Source of the DNA: Candidatus Bathyarchaeia archaeon
GTDB taxonomy: Archaea > Thermoproteota > Bathyarchaeia > TCS64
Assembly: GCA_050014495.1 (NCBI GenBank)
Contig: JBEKDF010000051.1
Span: forward strand, 1-17,180
Reading direction: 5' to 3'
Length of the DNA: 17,180 nt
The notes under the pieces are model-generated. The model was not told the origin of the DNA and did not search any database. It saw only the letters and a program-made list of their open reading frames with translations. Positions within the stretch are counted from its first letter, which is position 1, and every line of letters begins with the position of its first letter. Made by a program: the position numbers and the translations under genes. Shown here in pieces: positions 15,864 to 17,180 of this stretch.

Positions 15864-16733
15864 ATGGAGCTTTCGGCTTGGCCCGACTCAAGCCTAAACG
15901 CCGACAAGGTGACTGATTGGAGAATTAAGGAAGTTAAAAAGGACCTTAAGGAACACGATATAGAGGTCTCTGCCCTCGGCTACTACCCCAACTTCCTCGA
16001 GCCCAATAGTGCAAATGCTAAGGAGGCGACCAGGTACTTCTACAAGATTCTGGAGCTCGCCAATAGGATGGATGTAGACGTGGTCTGCACGTTCGCTGGG
16101 CGCCACCCCGATAAATCGATCAAGGAGAATATTCCCCTATTTGAAAAGGCCTTCATACCCTTCTGCGCTGAGGCCGAGAAACGTGGGATACGAATCGCTA
16201 TCGAGAACTGCCCAATGATGGACAGGTTTTACCTACGCGGAGAGAACATCGCTATAAGTCCCGAGGTATGGGATGAGATGTATAAGGTCGTCAAGTCCAA
16301 GACACTAGGCATTGAGCTCGATCCATCTCACATGGTCTGGCAGGGCATCGATTACGTACAGGCAATCTATGACTATGGTGACCGTATCTTCCACATCCAC
16401 GCCAAAGATATGGAGATTAACCATAGAGTCCTAAAGCGCGTCGGCATCTTAGGGCAGGCCTTCGGGGAGACCGTGGGCCTCGGCTACGGTTGGTGGCGTG
16501 CGCGCCTCCCAGGTTGGGGAGAGATGGATTGGCCAAAGTTCCTCACTGCCCTCGTAGAGACCAACTACAAGGGCAATATCGACATAGAGCATGAGGATGA
16601 TGTCTTTGCTGCCGCTTATGCGAAGGAGCACATAGAGTCCGAATCAGGCATCGTAGAGACTTATGGGCGCGAGGAGAAAGGACTCATTTTGGGATACAAT
16701 ACTCTATCAAAACTAATGCCAGTTGAGGACTAG
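15864..16733 (+). CDS. Sugar phosphate isomerase/epimerase (xylose isomerase-like TIM barrel), probably missing its N-terminus
   Basis: SALGYYPN, IAIENCPM, LDPSH, HIHAKD, RLPGWGE.DW, IEHED; begins at ELSAWP, which normally follows the first strand and helix. Confidence 0.88.
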   Translation: MELSAWPDSSLNADKVTDWRIKEVKKDLKEHDIEVSALGYYPNFLEPNSANAKEATRYFYKILELANRMDVDVVCTFAGRHPDKSIKENIPLFEKAFIPFCAEAEKRGIRIAIENCPMMDRFYLRGENIAISPEVWDEMYKVVKSKTLGIELDPSHMVWQGIDYVQAIYDYGDRIFHIHAKDMEINHRVLKRVGILGQAFGETVGLGYGWWRARLPGWGEMDWPKFLTALVETNYKGNIDIEHEDDVFAAAYAKEHIESESGIVETYGREEKGLILGYNTLSKLMPVED

Positions 16734-16886
16734 TTCCTAAGCTTTTACGCCTCGCTTCTACTTCATTGTGATATGTTAATGTTCAACCCATTGTTTTAGG
16801 TGCAAGTGCGATCCATATGATTATTGCCAAAAGGTATTGTGTAATTTTTTAAAAAAATGAGTGAAAAAAAACGTTATTGGCTTTTA

Positions 16887-17180
16887 TCACTTGGGAAATA
16901 GCACCGTGTTAATTACATGAATAACGCCGTTGTCAGCCATCACGTTCGCTTTTAAAACGTATGAACTGTCATTAAGGAGCAGGTATCTGTGCCAGTGAAC
17001 AGGGTCGCTGGCGAATGCTGGATCGTTTCTACCTAGTTCGTCCTTATCACTGGCGTCGATCGTTATATCCTGTCCCTGAACTGTCTTCGCTGAAGTAAGT
17101 TTTACAGCGTCATCAGCCATGACTCTTCCCGGGACTACGTGGTAAAGTAAAATGTTCTTCAGTTTGGGGATATCTTTTAG
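16887..17180 (-). CDS. Fasciclin (FAS1) domain protein, 3' part; runs off the window end
   Basis: LKNILLYHVVPGRV, KTVQG..ITI, ADNGVIHVINTVLFP; frame open to position 17180. Confidence 0.92.
   Translation of the reverse strand, partial: LKDIPKLKNILLYHVVPGRVMADDAVKLTSAKTVQGQDITIDASDKDELGRNDPAFASDPVHWHRYLLLNDSSYVLKANVMADNGVIHVINTVLFPK

Overview
Archaeal genomic DNA, judged from TBP, TFB, Alba, two L35Ae-like proteins, an archaeal-type asparagine synthetase and QueC. The gene mix resembles Bathyarchaeia/TACK, which is an inference. The window is a mosaic. GC-rich recognisable genes (nitrilase, asnA-like, tbp, tfb-rpl35ae-alba, queT-queC, a 5'-truncated xylose-isomerase-like TIM barrel, a partial fasciclin) alternate with AT-rich blocks of small, often Cys-rich ORFs and gene fragments. 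The strongest leads are: (1) a compact RNA structure in the queT-queC leader (15564-15627, minus) that can hide the Shine-Dalgarno sequence, a candidate archaeal 7-deazaguanine (preQ0) riboswitch; (2) sixteen alternating (CG)n runs of 8-10 nt that avoid the intact conserved genes and sit at gene, fragment and composition boundaries; (3) a free-standing, heavily base-paired element at 5231-5389. Several single-base indels in short homopolymers suggest sequencing or assembly error, so pseudogene calls are provisional. All calls were made by eye, without database searches.
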